Positions 32,021-41,753 of a stretch of 64,000 nucleotides of DNA are shown piece by piece. Position 1 is the stretch's first letter. Each line of letters starts with the position of its first letter. The notes beneath the pieces are model-generated. The model saw nothing but the letters and a program-made list of their open reading frames with translations, made no database searches and had not been told where the DNA came from. This DNA comes from Candidatus Allofournierella excrementigallinarum (lineage in GTDB: Bacteria; Bacillota; Clostridia; Oscillospirales; Ruminococcaceae), in contig DWXV01000039.1 in the NCBI GenBank assembly GCA_019119025.1, forward strand, positions 11,051 to 75,050, written 5' to 3'. The position numbers were made by a program, and so were the translations under genes.

Positions 32021-32635
32021 TTACTGCGCCACGGGGGTGATGGAGGCGATGGAGTCTTCAAAGGCCTCGGCCCAGCCGCCGGTCATGTCGGTGTAGGTGA
32101 AGGTGTAGGCCCGGTCGGCGTTGATGCCCATCACCGTCTGATCCATGAGCACATCGCCCAGCGTTACGGTGTAGTCCAGGCGGTAGTAGGGGCACACGTC
32201 CCCCAGCTTGCCGGTCTCAAAGGACACGTTTTCCAGGGTGATGTCCATGCCCAGCTGCTGGGAGTAGCCCTCTTCCAGCAGGGGGACCATTGCCTCCTCG
32301 GTCACGTCGCTGGCCAGGGAGCCGTCGTTGTCGTAGATCACCAGATTGATGCTGGAGGCGTCCTCCGCCTGGAACATGGCGCTCACCCCTTCGGGGGGCT
32401 GCTCCATCTGGACAAAATCCGGGGGCACGTCAAACTGCAGGGTGTAGGCGGTATAGTCCGCCGCCTCGGAGGCCGGCTCCGACGCGGGCTCAGACGCCGG
32501 CTGGGAGACCGACGCAGGCTGGGAGACCGACGCAGGCTGGGAGGCCGGGGCGGAACCGGAGGCCGGCGCGCTGCCGCAGGCGGCCAGCGAGAGGGCCAGC
32601 ACCACAGCACAAATACCAAGAACTGCCTTTTTCAT
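32021..32635 (-). CDS. lipoprotein with Pro/Ala/Ser repeat linker
   Basis: MKKAVLGICAVVLALSLAACGS lipobox. Only the last 204 codons of the 542-aa track ORF are credible; the rest is antisense to the 32982 gene. Confidence 0.7.
   Translation of the reverse strand: MKKAVLGICAVVLALSLAACGSAPASGSAPASQPASVSQPASVSQPASEPASEPASEAADYTAYTLQFDVPPDFVQMEQPPEGVSAMFQAEDASSINLVIYDNDGSLASDVTEEAMVPLLEEGYSQQLGMDITLENVSFETGKLGDVCPYYRLDYTVTLGDVLMDQTVMGINADRAYTFTYTDMTGGWAEAFEDSIASITPVAQ
32463..32570 (-). repeat. in-frame tandem repeat encoding (S)APASG / QPASVS / EPAS units
   Basis: 18-bp unit GGGAGACCGACGCAGGCT repeated at 32502-32537, with degenerate copies on both sides. Confidence 0.7.
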
Positions 32636-32981
32636 GATTTTCCCTCTTTCTTGTTGTTCCCCGGCCTGGCGGCCGGGCTTTTCCCCATTATACACCCCTG
32701 CCTTGTCATTGTACAGGTCCCGGGGCACATGCCGCATTTTTATGCTTTTTCGCCCCCAGAGGGGGCTTTTCTTGTTTCGGGGGCAAAAATCGGCTCTTCC
32801 TTTCCCAAAAAGCCCTTGGTTTTTTCGCAAAAAAGTTAAAAAAAGCAACAAAAACAAAACTTTTTGCAGCGTTTGCTTGCAAAGAAATGCAACGAGTGAT
32901 ACTTTATAGATATCAAGATATATTAAATTCGGGGCGTGCGCCTGCCAAATCCTTACAAGCGGAAGGGAGGGATCGCGCAAC

Positions 32982-35639
32982 ATGAAAGAAAAGGCATTGT
33001 CACTTTTGCTGACCATCGCTATGGTGTTGTCGGTGCTGCCCATTGCGGCCTTCGCCGACGGCGTTTCTTTCGGCGCGGATCCCGCCCCGGTGTATTCTTC
33101 CCCGGAGGAAGACCAGCCCGCCGGGGAGGAGGACCAGCCCGCCGGGGAGAAAGGTCCCGCCTGTCCGGAAGAGAGCGAGCCGTCCCTCCCCGCGGCGCAA
33201 AACGCCGCCCCGGCCAGCCGCGCGGCAGGTGCGCCTGTCAAGCAGAAACGCTCGCCCGGCGACGGGGTGTACAACGCCTCTTCCGGGTGCTCTTTCGCGG
33301 ACCTCTCCGACGCCTTGGACGAGGCGAAGGAGGGTGACATCCTTGTGCTGCAAGGGGACCTTTCCCTCAGCGAAACCCTGACGCTGGACAAGGCCGTCAC
33401 CATCGACGGCGATGGCCACACCGTCTCCGGCCCCGGCCTGTCGGCGTCGGTCGAGGCGGGTTTCCGGGTGGAGGACTGCGCCGTCATCCTGAAGGATATG
33501 GAACTGGCAGATTTCAGCACGCTCGGGGGAAAGGGCGTGGTGTACACCGAGGGGGAGGGGGCGGACTTCACCGCCGAGGGGCTGACCATCCGCGATTTTG
33601 TGGGCAATGCCTTCGCGTTTGAGGGCCGCTCCTTCGCGGTGCGCGACACCCAGATCGACTGCGCTTCCGGCTGGCTTGACGGCTGGCTTACCCGGGGCTT
33701 TTACGTGGGCGGCGGCTCCCAGCCTGTGACCGGCACCATCGAGGCTACCCAGGTGACTTCTACGGCCCTGACCTCCCGCTGGTGGGACACTTTCGCCGTG
33801 GGCGTCTATGCCAACGCCAGCGTCACCATCGAGAGCGGCAGCTTCACCGGCGCCGTGACCTGCTTCGACTCCGCGGCCAGTCTGGTCGTCCGGGGCGGCA
33901 GCTTTTCCACCGATGTGCGCCAGTTCCTGGCCCCCGGCCTGACCCTGGTGCAGGAGAACGGCATGTACACCGTGGCAAAATCGGAGGAGAAAGTGGTGGC
34001 CGAGGTGGACGGCGTGGGCTATCCCACCCTGGAGGACGCGCTGGCCGCCCTGCCCGTCGCCGGCGACAAGACCCTCACCCTGAAGGCGGACCTGGCCCTG
34101 GAGCGCATGCTGGGCCTGGACGTGGAGGACATGACCCTGGACCTTGGCGGCCACATCCTCACCGCCGCCAGGGATTTCACCTATGACGACGTCGGCGGGC
34201 GCAGCGACGCCCACCTCATCAACGTCAGCGCCGACAAGGTGACCATCAAAAACGGCACTGTGTCGGCTTCCGGCGCAAACAAGCACTGCGTCAATCTGTA
34301 CAACGCAAGCGGCGCGGTGCTGGAGGATCTGACCCTGGACCACACCGACGCCGCCGCCGGCGCGCCGCTGGTGGTGAACGCCTCGTCGGTCACCGTTCAG
34401 GGACGGCTGAAGCTGAAGGTCGGCCCCGCCTCCTGGTATGGCATCAACGTGGATCCCGGCGCCGGCAGCGCCGCCCTGACCTTTGCCGAGGGCGCCAAGC
34501 TCTCCGCGGCGGGGCAGAGCTCCGCCGGGATGGCCGTGATCTGGCTGAGCGGGAACAAGGGGAACATCACCCTGTCCGGCACGGAGGCGGTGGGGCTGGC
34601 GCCCACCGGCGAGAACAGCTACGGGTTCGGCTCCCTGCCATCCCCCTCGCCCTCGCCTTCTCCCTCGCCTTCGCCCTCACCTTCTCCCTCGTCTTCGCCT
34701 TCTCCCGTTCCTTCCGCCTCGCCCACGCCGGCCCCGGCCCTTCCGGACATGCCCGGCAACGAGTCGGACGCCGCGCCTGACGCCACCCTGCCGCCGGACA
34801 CCGTGGTCCCGACCACGCCCGACGGCACGGCGGAGACCGGCGACGAGACCGAAACGCCGGCGGTCGTTGTGGAGACCCAGCTGGAGGACGATACGGCGGT
34901 GGCCAGGGTGGAGCCGGCGTTCCTTGCCTCTGCGGTAGAAGACGCCCTGGCCCGGGCCGTCGACGGTGAAGCGCCCTCCCTCATCCTGGAACTGAACACG
35001 GGGGACGCCAGCGCCGTGGAGGTCAACCTGCCCACTGGGGCGCTGGCCGCCCTGGCCCGGCAGGAGGGCGCCTGCCTCACGGTGGCCAGCCCGGTGGCCC
35101 AGATCACCTTTGACTTTGCCGCCCTCAGCGCCATTTTGGGCCAGTCCGGGGAGGAGTTCATGCTGGCGGCCGGCCCCGCCCCCGCCGAGAGCATGAACCA
35201 GGCCCAGACCACCGCCGCCGGCCAGTTCCCGGTGGTGGACCTCAGCCTGCGCAGCGACGGGCAGATCATCTCCGATTTTGAGGGCGGCACCGCCGCCGTC
35301 ACCCTGCCCCACGACCTGCCCCTGGGCCAGAGCCCCATGGGCGTGGTGGTGTGGTATCTGGACGAGCAGGGAGGCATCACCCCTTGCGAGACCACCTACT
35401 ACCCGGTGACCGACGAGGTGGTCTTCACCACCACCCATTTTTCCAAATACGTCATCGCCTACAACGCCTCCCTGGTGCCTGTGCCCTCCCAGAGGCCGGT
35501 CTACACCCTGCCGGAGGACGTCCGGATGCGTCTGGTGCTGCCCCTCACCATCGCGGGCACGGTGGTGGTGCTGCTGATCTTCCTGGGCCTGCTATTGCAG
35601 CTGCTGTTCACCGGCAGGCCGCGCCACCGGCGGCGCTGA
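32982..35639 (+). CDS. large cell-surface protein with right-handed beta-helix-like repeats, (SP)n linker and C-terminal TM anchor
   Basis: Signal peptide MKEKALSLLLTIAMVLSVLPIAAFADG. Repeated xLxLxxDLxL / TIxGxGHT segments. SPSPSPSPSPSPSPSPSPSSSPSP. C-terminal hydrophobic helix plus RPRHRRR. Confidence 0.75.
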   Translation: MKEKALSLLLTIAMVLSVLPIAAFADGVSFGADPAPVYSSPEEDQPAGEEDQPAGEKGPACPEESEPSLPAAQNAAPASRAAGAPVKQKRSPGDGVYNASSGCSFADLSDALDEAKEGDILVLQGDLSLSETLTLDKAVTIDGDGHTVSGPGLSASVEAGFRVEDCAVILKDMELADFSTLGGKGVVYTEGEGADFTAEGLTIRDFVGNAFAFEGRSFAVRDTQIDCASGWLDGWLTRGFYVGGGSQPVTGTIEATQVTSTALTSRWWDTFAVGVYANASVTIESGSFTGAVTCFDSAASLVVRGGSFSTDVRQFLAPGLTLVQENGMYTVAKSEEKVVAEVDGVGYPTLEDALAALPVAGDKTLTLKADLALERMLGLDVEDMTLDLGGHILTAARDFTYDDVGGRSDAHLINVSADKVTIKNGTVSASGANKHCVNLYNASGAVLEDLTLDHTDAAAGAPLVVNASSVTVQGRLKLKVGPASWYGINVDPGAGSAALTFAEGAKLSAAGQSSAGMAVIWLSGNKGNITLSGTEAVGLAPTGENSYGFGSLPSPSPSPSPSPSPSPSPSSSPSPVPSASPTPAPALPDMPGNESDAAPDATLPPDTVVPTTPDGTAETGDETETPAVVVETQLEDDTAVARVEPAFLASAVEDALARAVDGEAPSLILELNTGDASAVEVNLPTGALAALARQEGACLTVASPVAQITFDFAALSAILGQSGEEFMLAAGPAPAESMNQAQTTAAGQFPVVDLSLRSDGQIISDFEGGTAAVTLPHDLPLGQSPMGVVVWYLDEQGGITPCETTYYPVTDEVVFTTTHFSKYVIAYNASLVPVPSQRPVYTLPEDVRMRLVLPLTIAGTVVVLLIFLGLLLQLLFTGRPRHRRR
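34638..34706 (+). repeat. hexanucleotide (TCN CCN) tandem repeat encoding the (Ser-Pro)n linker
   Basis: ccatccccctcgccctcgccttctccctcgccttcgccctcaccttctccctcgtcttcgccttctccc. Confidence 0.8.
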
Positions 35640-35656
35640 CGCCCTTTTGCCCTTTC

Positions 35657-35695
35657 GCGGCCCACCCGGTCTTGTCCGGGCGGGCCGCTTTTTTG
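35657..35695 (+). terminator. rho-independent terminator after the surface protein gene
   Basis: GCGGCCCACCCGG-TCTTGT-CCGGGCGGGCCGC followed by TTTTTT. Confidence 0.8.
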
Positions 35696-35822
35696 CGCCC
35701 TTTTCCCCTTCCGCCGGGCCACGGCCCCGGCAAACAAAGCCAAAAGGCGCGGTTTTTTGCGTCACTTTGCACAAGAATTTTTCTTATCAGGCTTGCATAC
35801 TGATGAAAATGACTTGAACGCC

Positions 35823-35851
35823 TTGAAAACCGCCGCCGGGGAAGCTATAAT
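35823..35851 (+). promoter_or_regulatory. promoter of the LacI/maltodextrin operon
   Basis: TTGAAA (35823-35828), 17 nt spacer, TATAAT (35846-35851). Confidence 0.65.
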
Positions 35852-35860
35852 AAACTTGCT

Positions 35861-35874
35861 TGGAAACGTTTCCG
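35861..35874 (+). promoter_or_regulatory. LacI-family operator palindrome
   Basis: TGGAAACGTTTCCG fits TGnAAnCGnTTnCA. Perfect palindrome GGAAACGTTTCC at 35862-35873, 10 nt downstream of the -10. Confidence 0.6.
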
Positions 35875-35924
35875 GCAACGTTTTTTGCAGGATTGACGCC
35901 GGGGGAAGCGAGGGCGACGCCGCT

Positions 35925-36935
35925 TTGACCATCAAGGACATTGCCCGGGAGAGCGGCTACGCCATCAGCACCGTGTCCCGGGCGCTGAACGACCACCCGG
36001 ACGTGAGCGAAGAGGCCAGGCGCCGCATCGCCGCCATCGTGGCGGCGAAGGGCTTCGTGCCCAACTCCAACGCCCGCCAGCTCAAGCGCCAGCAGGCCAA
36101 AAGCGTGGCCTTCATCGTGCGCGGCACCTCCAACCTGTTCTTTGCGGGCATGCTGGTGGAGCTGCAGCGCCTGGTGGGCGAAGCGGGCTACGAGGGCGTT
36201 GTGGAATATGTGGGCGAGACCGCCGACGAGGTGGCCGCCGCCCAGCGGGTGTGCCGGGAGCTGAAGCCCCGGGGCATCATCTTCCTGGGGGGCGACAGCC
36301 GCAACTTCCGGGAAGGGTTCGGCAAGATCGGCCTGCCCTGCGTGCTGGCCACCACCGTGAGCGACGAATTGCAGTTCGAGAACCTCTCGATGGTGGGCGT
36401 GGACGACCGGGCCGCCGGCAGAGCGGCCATCGACTATCTGGTGGAGCGGGGCCACCGGGACATCCTGGTGCTGGGCACCGACCCGGAGTGCTCCAGCCCC
36501 GGCAAGATGCGCCTGGAGGGCGTGCGCCAGAGCTTTGAGGCCCACGGCATCCCCTTCGGCCCGGCCCGCTTTTTGCAGGCGGAGTTCAGCATGGCGGGGG
36601 GCTACGCCGCCATGAAAGCCTTTCTGCAGGCGGGCGGCCGGGCGAGCGCGGTGTTCGCCATGAGCGACGTCACCGCCATCGGCGCGGTGCGGGCCATCCT
36701 GGACGCGGGCCTCTCGGTGCCGGGGGACATCTCGGTGCTGGGGTTCGACGGCATTCCCATGGCCCGCTTTTACAACCCGCAGCTGGCCACCATGCGCCAG
36801 CCCGCCGCCGAGATCGCGTGCCAGAGCGTGAAGCTGCTTTTGCGCTGCATCGAAACGCACCAGCCGGCGCGCACGGTGCTGTTGCAGGCCGAGCCGCTGG
36901 ACGGCGAGTCGGTGCGGTCCATTGAACATCGGTAA
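35925..36935 (+). CDS. LacI family transcriptional regulator
   Basis: N-terminal HTH TIKDIARESGYAISTVSRALN followed by a periplasmic-binding-protein-like sugar domain. TTG start 35925. Confidence 0.88.
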   Translation: MTIKDIARESGYAISTVSRALNDHPDVSEEARRRIAAIVAAKGFVPNSNARQLKRQQAKSVAFIVRGTSNLFFAGMLVELQRLVGEAGYEGVVEYVGETADEVAAAQRVCRELKPRGIIFLGGDSRNFREGFGKIGLPCVLATTVSDELQFENLSMVGVDDRAAGRAAIDYLVERGHRDILVLGTDPECSSPGKMRLEGVRQSFEAHGIPFGPARFLQAEFSMAGGYAAMKAFLQAGGRASAVFAMSDVTAIGAVRAILDAGLSVPGDISVLGFDGIPMARFYNPQLATMRQPAAEIACQSVKLLLRCIETHQPARTVLLQAEPLDGESVRSIEHR

Positions 36936-37002
36936 GCGAAGCGGAACGTCCGCTTTTGTTTAAAATCGCCCCGCAAGGGGCCACAAAAAAAGGAGAACAC
37001 AT

Positions 37003-38325
37003 ATGAAAAAGGCACTTGCACTCGTGCTGGCCGGCGTCATGGCTCTGAGCCTGGCCGCCTGCGGCAGCACCCCCAGCAGCACCGCCACCTCCGGCGGCGA
37101 TTCCACCGGCACCAGCACCCCCGCTGCCGCCGGCAAGGTCTATTACCTGAACTTCAAGCCCGAGCAGGATGAGGACTGGCAGAACCTGGCCAAGGTCTAC
37201 ACCGAGCAGACCGGCGTGCCCGTGGAAGTGGTCACCGCCGCCTCCGGCACCTACGAGACCACCCTGATGGCCGAGATGGGCAAGTCCGACGCCCCCACCC
37301 TGTTCCAGGTGAACGGCCCCGTGGGCCTGGCCAACTGGAAAGACTACTGCTATGACCTGGCCGGCAGCGACATCTACAGCCAGCTGACCAGCGACACCTA
37401 CGCCCTGAAGGAGGGCGACGTGGTCTATGGCATCGGCTACGTGATCGAGAGCTACGGCATCATCACGAACAAGACCCTGCTGGCCGAGGCGGGCTACACC
37501 GTGGAGGACATCCAGAGCTTTGAGGACCTGAAGGCCGTGGCCGAGGACATCACCGCCCGCAAGGACGAACTGGGCTTTGCCGCCTTCACCAGCGCCGGCA
37601 TGGACGGTTCTTCCGACTGGCGCTTCAAGACCCACCTGGCGAACCTGCCCATCTACTTCGAGTACCAGGATGAGGGCATCACCAGCACCGACGCCATCAA
37701 GGGCACCTACCTGGACAACTACAAGAACATCTGGGATCTGTACATCAACAACGCCACCTGCGAGCCCACCGAGCTGGCCGCCAAGACCGCGGACGACAGC
37801 CTGAACGAGTTTTTGGCCGGTGAAGCCGTGTTCTATCAGAACGGCTCCTGGGAGTATGGCAACGTGACCGGCGAAGGCAAGTTCACCGACGACGACCTGG
37901 CCATGATCCCCATCTACATCGGCGTGGGCGACGAGGCCAACCAGGGCCTGTGCACCGGCACCGAGAACTACTGGTGCGTGAACAACATGGCTTCTGAGGA
38001 AGACATCCAGGCCACCCTGGACTTCATCAACTGGTGCGTCACCAGCGAGGAAGGCACCACCGCCATGGCCACCGAGATGGGCTTCGTCATCCCCTTCAAG
38101 GCGGCGCAGGAATCCGCCAACCTGTTCGTCAAGACCGACGCCGAGATGACCGCCGCCGGCAAGACCCCCGTGTCCTGGAACTTCACCACCATGCCCTCTG
38201 AGGAGTGGAAGAACGTCCTGGGCACCGCTCTGACCGCCTACGCCGCCGGCACCGGCAGCTGGGACGACGTGGTCACCGCCTTCGTGGACAACTGGGCCGC
38301 CGAGTACCAGCTGGCCAACGGCTGA
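37003..38325 (+). CDS. carbohydrate ABC transporter substrate-binding lipoprotein
   Basis: Lipobox LSLAACGS, family-1 solute-binding protein length and composition, strong RBS. Confidence 0.88.
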   Translation: MKKALALVLAGVMALSLAACGSTPSSTATSGGDSTGTSTPAAAGKVYYLNFKPEQDEDWQNLAKVYTEQTGVPVEVVTAASGTYETTLMAEMGKSDAPTLFQVNGPVGLANWKDYCYDLAGSDIYSQLTSDTYALKEGDVVYGIGYVIESYGIITNKTLLAEAGYTVEDIQSFEDLKAVAEDITARKDELGFAAFTSAGMDGSSDWRFKTHLANLPIYFEYQDEGITSTDAIKGTYLDNYKNIWDLYINNATCEPTELAAKTADDSLNEFLAGEAVFYQNGSWEYGNVTGEGKFTDDDLAMIPIYIGVGDEANQGLCTGTENYWCVNNMASEEDIQATLDFINWCVTSEEGTTAMATEMGFVIPFKAAQESANLFVKTDAEMTAAGKTPVSWNFTTMPSEEWKNVLGTALTAYAAGTGSWDDVVTAFVDNWAAEYQLANG

Positions 38326-38340
38326 ACCCTGCACTGACCC

Positions 38341-38374
38341 AAAAATGGGGGAGCCTCTCGCTCCCCCATTTTTC
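38341..38374 (+). terminator. intra-operon hairpin/partial terminator after the binding-protein gene
   Basis: ATGGGGGAGC-CTCTC-GCTCCCCCAT followed by TTTT. Confidence 0.55.
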
Positions 38375-38410
38375 GGTATGGGCCTATTGTAAGGAGGGAT
38401 TAAACGCGGC

Positions 38411-39262
38411 ATGAACAAAACGCTGAAAAAGTATTTCCCGATCTTTGTGCTGCCCACGCTGGCGGCCTTCACGATCGGCTTCCTCATCCCCTTCGCGGAG
38501 GGCATCTATCTGTCGTTCTGCAAGTTCACCACGGTGAACAACGCCAAATGGGTGGGCATTTCCAACTATGTCACCGCCCTGAAGGACGAGGCCTTCCTGC
38601 ACTCGTTCTGGTTCACGGTGGCCTTCACCGTGGTCAGCACCATCACCATCAACCTGCTGGCCTTCGCCGTGGCGCTGGTGCTCACAAGGGGCATCAAGGG
38701 CACCAACATCTTCCGCACGGTGTTCTTCATGCCCAACCTCATCGGCGGCATCGTGCTGGGCTACATCTGGCAGATCCTCATCAACTGCGTGCTCAGCATC
38801 GTGGAAGAGCCCCTGCTGGGCCTGAACACCCCCGCCGGCTACTGGGGCCTCATCGTCCTGATGGCCTGGCAGCAGGTGGGCTATATGATGATCATCTACA
38901 TCGCCGGGCTGCAAAACGTCTCGCCCGACCTTCTGGAGGCCGCCGCCATCGACGGCGCAAACAGCTGGCAGACCCTTATTAAGATCAAGCTGCCCATGGT
39001 GATGAGCAGCGTGACCATCTGCCTGTTCCTGACCCTGACCAACAGCTTCAAGCTCTTTGACCAGAACCTCTCCCTCACCGCCGGCGAGCCCAACCACGCC
39101 ACCGAAATGCTGGCGCTGAACATCTACAACACCTTCTACGCCCGCTCCGGGCCCCAGTGGAAGGGCATCGGCCAGGCCAAGGCCGTGATCTTCTTCGTGG
39201 TCGTGGTCATCATCGCGCTGGTCCAGCTGCGGGCCACCCGCTCCAAGGAGGTGCAGCAATGA
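38411..39262 (+). CDS. carbohydrate ABC transporter permease (MalF/UgpA-like)
   Basis: 6 TMs, EAA loop EAAAIDGANSWQTLIKIKLPM. Confidence 0.9.
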   Translation: MNKTLKKYFPIFVLPTLAAFTIGFLIPFAEGIYLSFCKFTTVNNAKWVGISNYVTALKDEAFLHSFWFTVAFTVVSTITINLLAFAVALVLTRGIKGTNIFRTVFFMPNLIGGIVLGYIWQILINCVLSIVEEPLLGLNTPAGYWGLIVLMAWQQVGYMMIIYIAGLQNVSPDLLEAAAIDGANSWQTLIKIKLPMVMSSVTICLFLTLTNSFKLFDQNLSLTAGEPNHATEMLALNIYNTFYARSGPQWKGIGQAKAVIFFVVVVIIALVQLRATRSKEVQQ

Positions 39263-40107
39263 ACAATCTGAAAACGAAACACGCCCTCAACCTGGCGTTC
39301 ACCGTGGTGTTCGCCGTGCTGGCGGTGCTGTATGTCTACCCGGTGTTCATGATCCTGATCAACTCCTTCAAGGTGGAGACCGCCATCAGCACCAGCACCG
39401 TGTTCCAGCTGCCCACCGCCGACACCTTTGCCGGCGCGGCCAACTTTGTGGCCGCCGTGGTCAGCCAGGGCTTTTTGCAGAGCTTTTTCTACAGCGCCTT
39501 CATCACCGTGACCTCGGTGGCGCTGATCCTTCTGTGCTGCTCCATGTGCGCCTGGTACATCACCCGCATCAACGGGCCCATTTCCAAGGCCATCTACTAC
39601 CTGTGCGTGTTCAGCATGGTGGTGCCCTTCCAGATGGTGATGTTCACCCTGGCCCAGACCGCCGACAGCCTCAAGCTGAACACCCCCTACAACATCTGCA
39701 TCATCTACCTGGGCTTCGGCGCGGGGCTGGCGGTGTTCATGTTCTGCGGCTTCGTGAAGAGCATCCCGCTGGAAATTGAGGAGGCCGCCACCATCGACGG
39801 CTGCAACCCCCTGCAGACCTACGGCCTGGTGGTGCTGCCCATTTTGAAGCCCACCCTGATCTCGGTGGCCATCCTGCAGGCCATGTGGGTGTGGAACGAC
39901 TACCTGCTGCCCACCCTGGTGCTGGACATCCGCAAATACCGCACCATCCCCATGCTCATCCAGTACTTCCGCGGCAGCTACGGCCGGGTGGAGATGGGCC
40001 CCATGATGGCCTGCATCCTGCTGACCATCGTGCCCATCATCATCTTCTACCTGGCCTGCCAGAAGTACATCATCGAGGGCGTCGTTGCCGGCGCGGTGAA
40101 GGGATGA
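39259..40107 (+). CDS. carbohydrate ABC transporter permease (MalG/UgpE-like)
   Basis: ATGA overlap with the previous gene. EAA loop EAATIDGCNPLQTYGLVVLPILKP. Confidence 0.9.
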   Translation: MNNLKTKHALNLAFTVVFAVLAVLYVYPVFMILINSFKVETAISTSTVFQLPTADTFAGAANFVAAVVSQGFLQSFFYSAFITVTSVALILLCCSMCAWYITRINGPISKAIYYLCVFSMVVPFQMVMFTLAQTADSLKLNTPYNICIIYLGFGAGLAVFMFCGFVKSIPLEIEEAATIDGCNPLQTYGLVVLPILKPTLISVAILQAMWVWNDYLLPTLVLDIRKYRTIPMLIQYFRGSYGRVEMGPMMACILLTIVPIIIFYLACQKYIIEGVVAGAVKG

Positions 40108-41582
40108 GAGCCGCGGGCGTCCTGCTGCCCCTTTCCAGCCTGCCGGGGCCCTGGGGCATCGGCACCCTGGGCGAAGAGGCAAAACATTTTGTGGATTTTC
40201 TCGCCGCCGCGGGCCAGAGCTACTGGCAGATCCTGCCCATCGGCCCCACCGGCTACGGCGACAGCCCCTACCAGAGTTTTTCCGCCTTTGCGGCGAACCC
40301 CTATTTCATCGACCCGGCTCTGCTGGAGGCGGACGGGCTGCTGGAAGAGGGCGAAGCCGAAGCCCTGGGCTGGGGCGGCGATGCGACGAAGGTGGACTAC
40401 GGCGCGCTCTACCGGGGCCGCCACGCCCTTTTGAAAAAGGCGGTGGACCGGCTGGAGCCGGAGGACGAGGGCCTGGCCGCCTTCTGCGCCGAGAACGCCT
40501 TCTGGCTGGAGGACTACGCCCTGTTCATGGCCCTGAAAGGCGAGAACGGCCAGAAGAGCTGGCTGGACTGGCCCGACCCCATCCGCCTGCGGGAGCCCTC
40601 GGCCCTGCGGCGGGCCGCTGACCGGCTGGCGGGGCCGGTGCGCTACTGGAAGGGCGTGCAGTACCTGTTCCACCGCCAGTGGACGGCCCTCAAGGCCTAC
40701 GCGAACGAGAAGGGCGTTTCCATCATCGGCGACATCCCCATCTACGTCTCCCCCGACTCGTCGGACATCTGGGCGGGGCCGGAATTGTTCCAGCTCACCG
40801 CCGACCGGCGGATGGCCGCCGTGGCGGGCTGCCCGCCGGACGCCTTTGCCGCCGGCGGCCAGCTGTGGGGCAACCCCCTCTACGACTGGGACTATCACTA
40901 CACCACCGGCTACGCCTGGTGGGTGCGCCGGCTGGCCCACGCCTGCACGGTGTACGACGTGGTGCGCATCGACCACTTCCGGGGCTTTGAGAGCTATTTT
41001 GCCATCCCCGCCGGCGAGCCCACCGCCAAAAACGGCGTGTGGCGCAAGGGGCCGGGCATGGCGCTGGTGCGCGCGCTGCACAGGCAGCTGCCAAACGCGC
41101 GCATCATCGCCGAGGACCTGGGCTATCTCACCTCCGAGGTGAAGGCCCTGCTGGAGGCCAGCGGCTACCCCGGCATGAAGGTGCTGCAGTTCGCCTTTGA
41201 CCGCCGGGAGGCCGGGGACTATATGCCCCACAACTACATTTCCAACTCGGTGGTCTACACCGGCACCCACGACAACACCACCACCGCCGCCTGGCAGGCC
41301 GAGGCCGACCCGGAGGACGTGGCGCTGGCCCGGGCCTACATGGCCTGCGGCGAGGGCGAGGCGCTGGTGGACGCCTTCATCCGCACCGCCTTTGCCAGCG
41401 TGAGCGACACCGCCGTCATCCCCATGCAGGACTGGCTGGCCCTGCCCGCCTCGGCCCGGATGAACACCCCCAGCAAGGCCGGGGGCAACTGGCAGTGGCG
41501 GATGGCCCCCGGCGCGGCAAGCCCCGCGCTGGCCCGGCGCATCCGCGCCCTGACCGAACTCTACGGGCGGCTGGCCCGCTAA
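40104..41582 (+). CDS. malQ: 4-alpha-glucanotransferase (amylomaltase)
   Basis: GVLLPLSSLPGPWGIGTLG, GDSPYQSFSAFAANPYFID, IIGDIPIYV. ATGA overlap with the permease gene. Confidence 0.93.
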   Translation: MRAAGVLLPLSSLPGPWGIGTLGEEAKHFVDFLAAAGQSYWQILPIGPTGYGDSPYQSFSAFAANPYFIDPALLEADGLLEEGEAEALGWGGDATKVDYGALYRGRHALLKKAVDRLEPEDEGLAAFCAENAFWLEDYALFMALKGENGQKSWLDWPDPIRLREPSALRRAADRLAGPVRYWKGVQYLFHRQWTALKAYANEKGVSIIGDIPIYVSPDSSDIWAGPELFQLTADRRMAAVAGCPPDAFAAGGQLWGNPLYDWDYHYTTGYAWWVRRLAHACTVYDVVRIDHFRGFESYFAIPAGEPTAKNGVWRKGPGMALVRALHRQLPNARIIAEDLGYLTSEVKALLEASGYPGMKVLQFAFDRREAGDYMPHNYISNSVVYTGTHDNTTTAAWQAEADPEDVALARAYMACGEGEALVDAFIRTAFASVSDTAVIPMQDWLALPASARMNTPSKAGGNWQWRMAPGAASPALARRIRALTELYGRLAR

Positions 41583-41753
41583 AGCCTTTCGTTTGTGATC
41601 CCTCCTCCCGCCCCGGGCGGCGGGCCGAAGCAGAGCGCCTGCGCCGGCCCCGCCGCCCGGGGCGGATTTTGTCTTTTTATTTTCACAATTTCGTGCTACA
41701 ATAACTTTCAACGGCCTTTTTGGGCCGAATCCCCTGTTTTGGAGGCCCGCTTC

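Noticed and set aside
32636-33649. Upstream 338 codons of the 542-aa minus-strand ORF 32021-33649
   Set aside because: Only the last 204 codons form a credible gene, starting MKKAVLG... with a lipobox and an AT-rich promoter region upstream. The remainder is antisense to the surface protein gene and crosses an intergenic region.
36670-38505. 611-aa minus-strand ORF, with similar cases at 39136-40182, 40047-42524, 42451-44262, 44192-45481, 45291-46559, 46402-48888, 49192-50238, 50594-52633, 52675-53724, 54525-55544, 56479-57627 and 57341-59041
   Set aside because: All are antisense to well-supported plus-strand genes and translate to Gly/Ala/Arg/His-rich low-complexity sequence.
41583-41753. 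Possible terminator or regulatory element after malQ
   Set aside because: There are only short GC stems (CCCCG...CGGGG) followed by a T-rich stretch. This is plausible but too weak to annotate.
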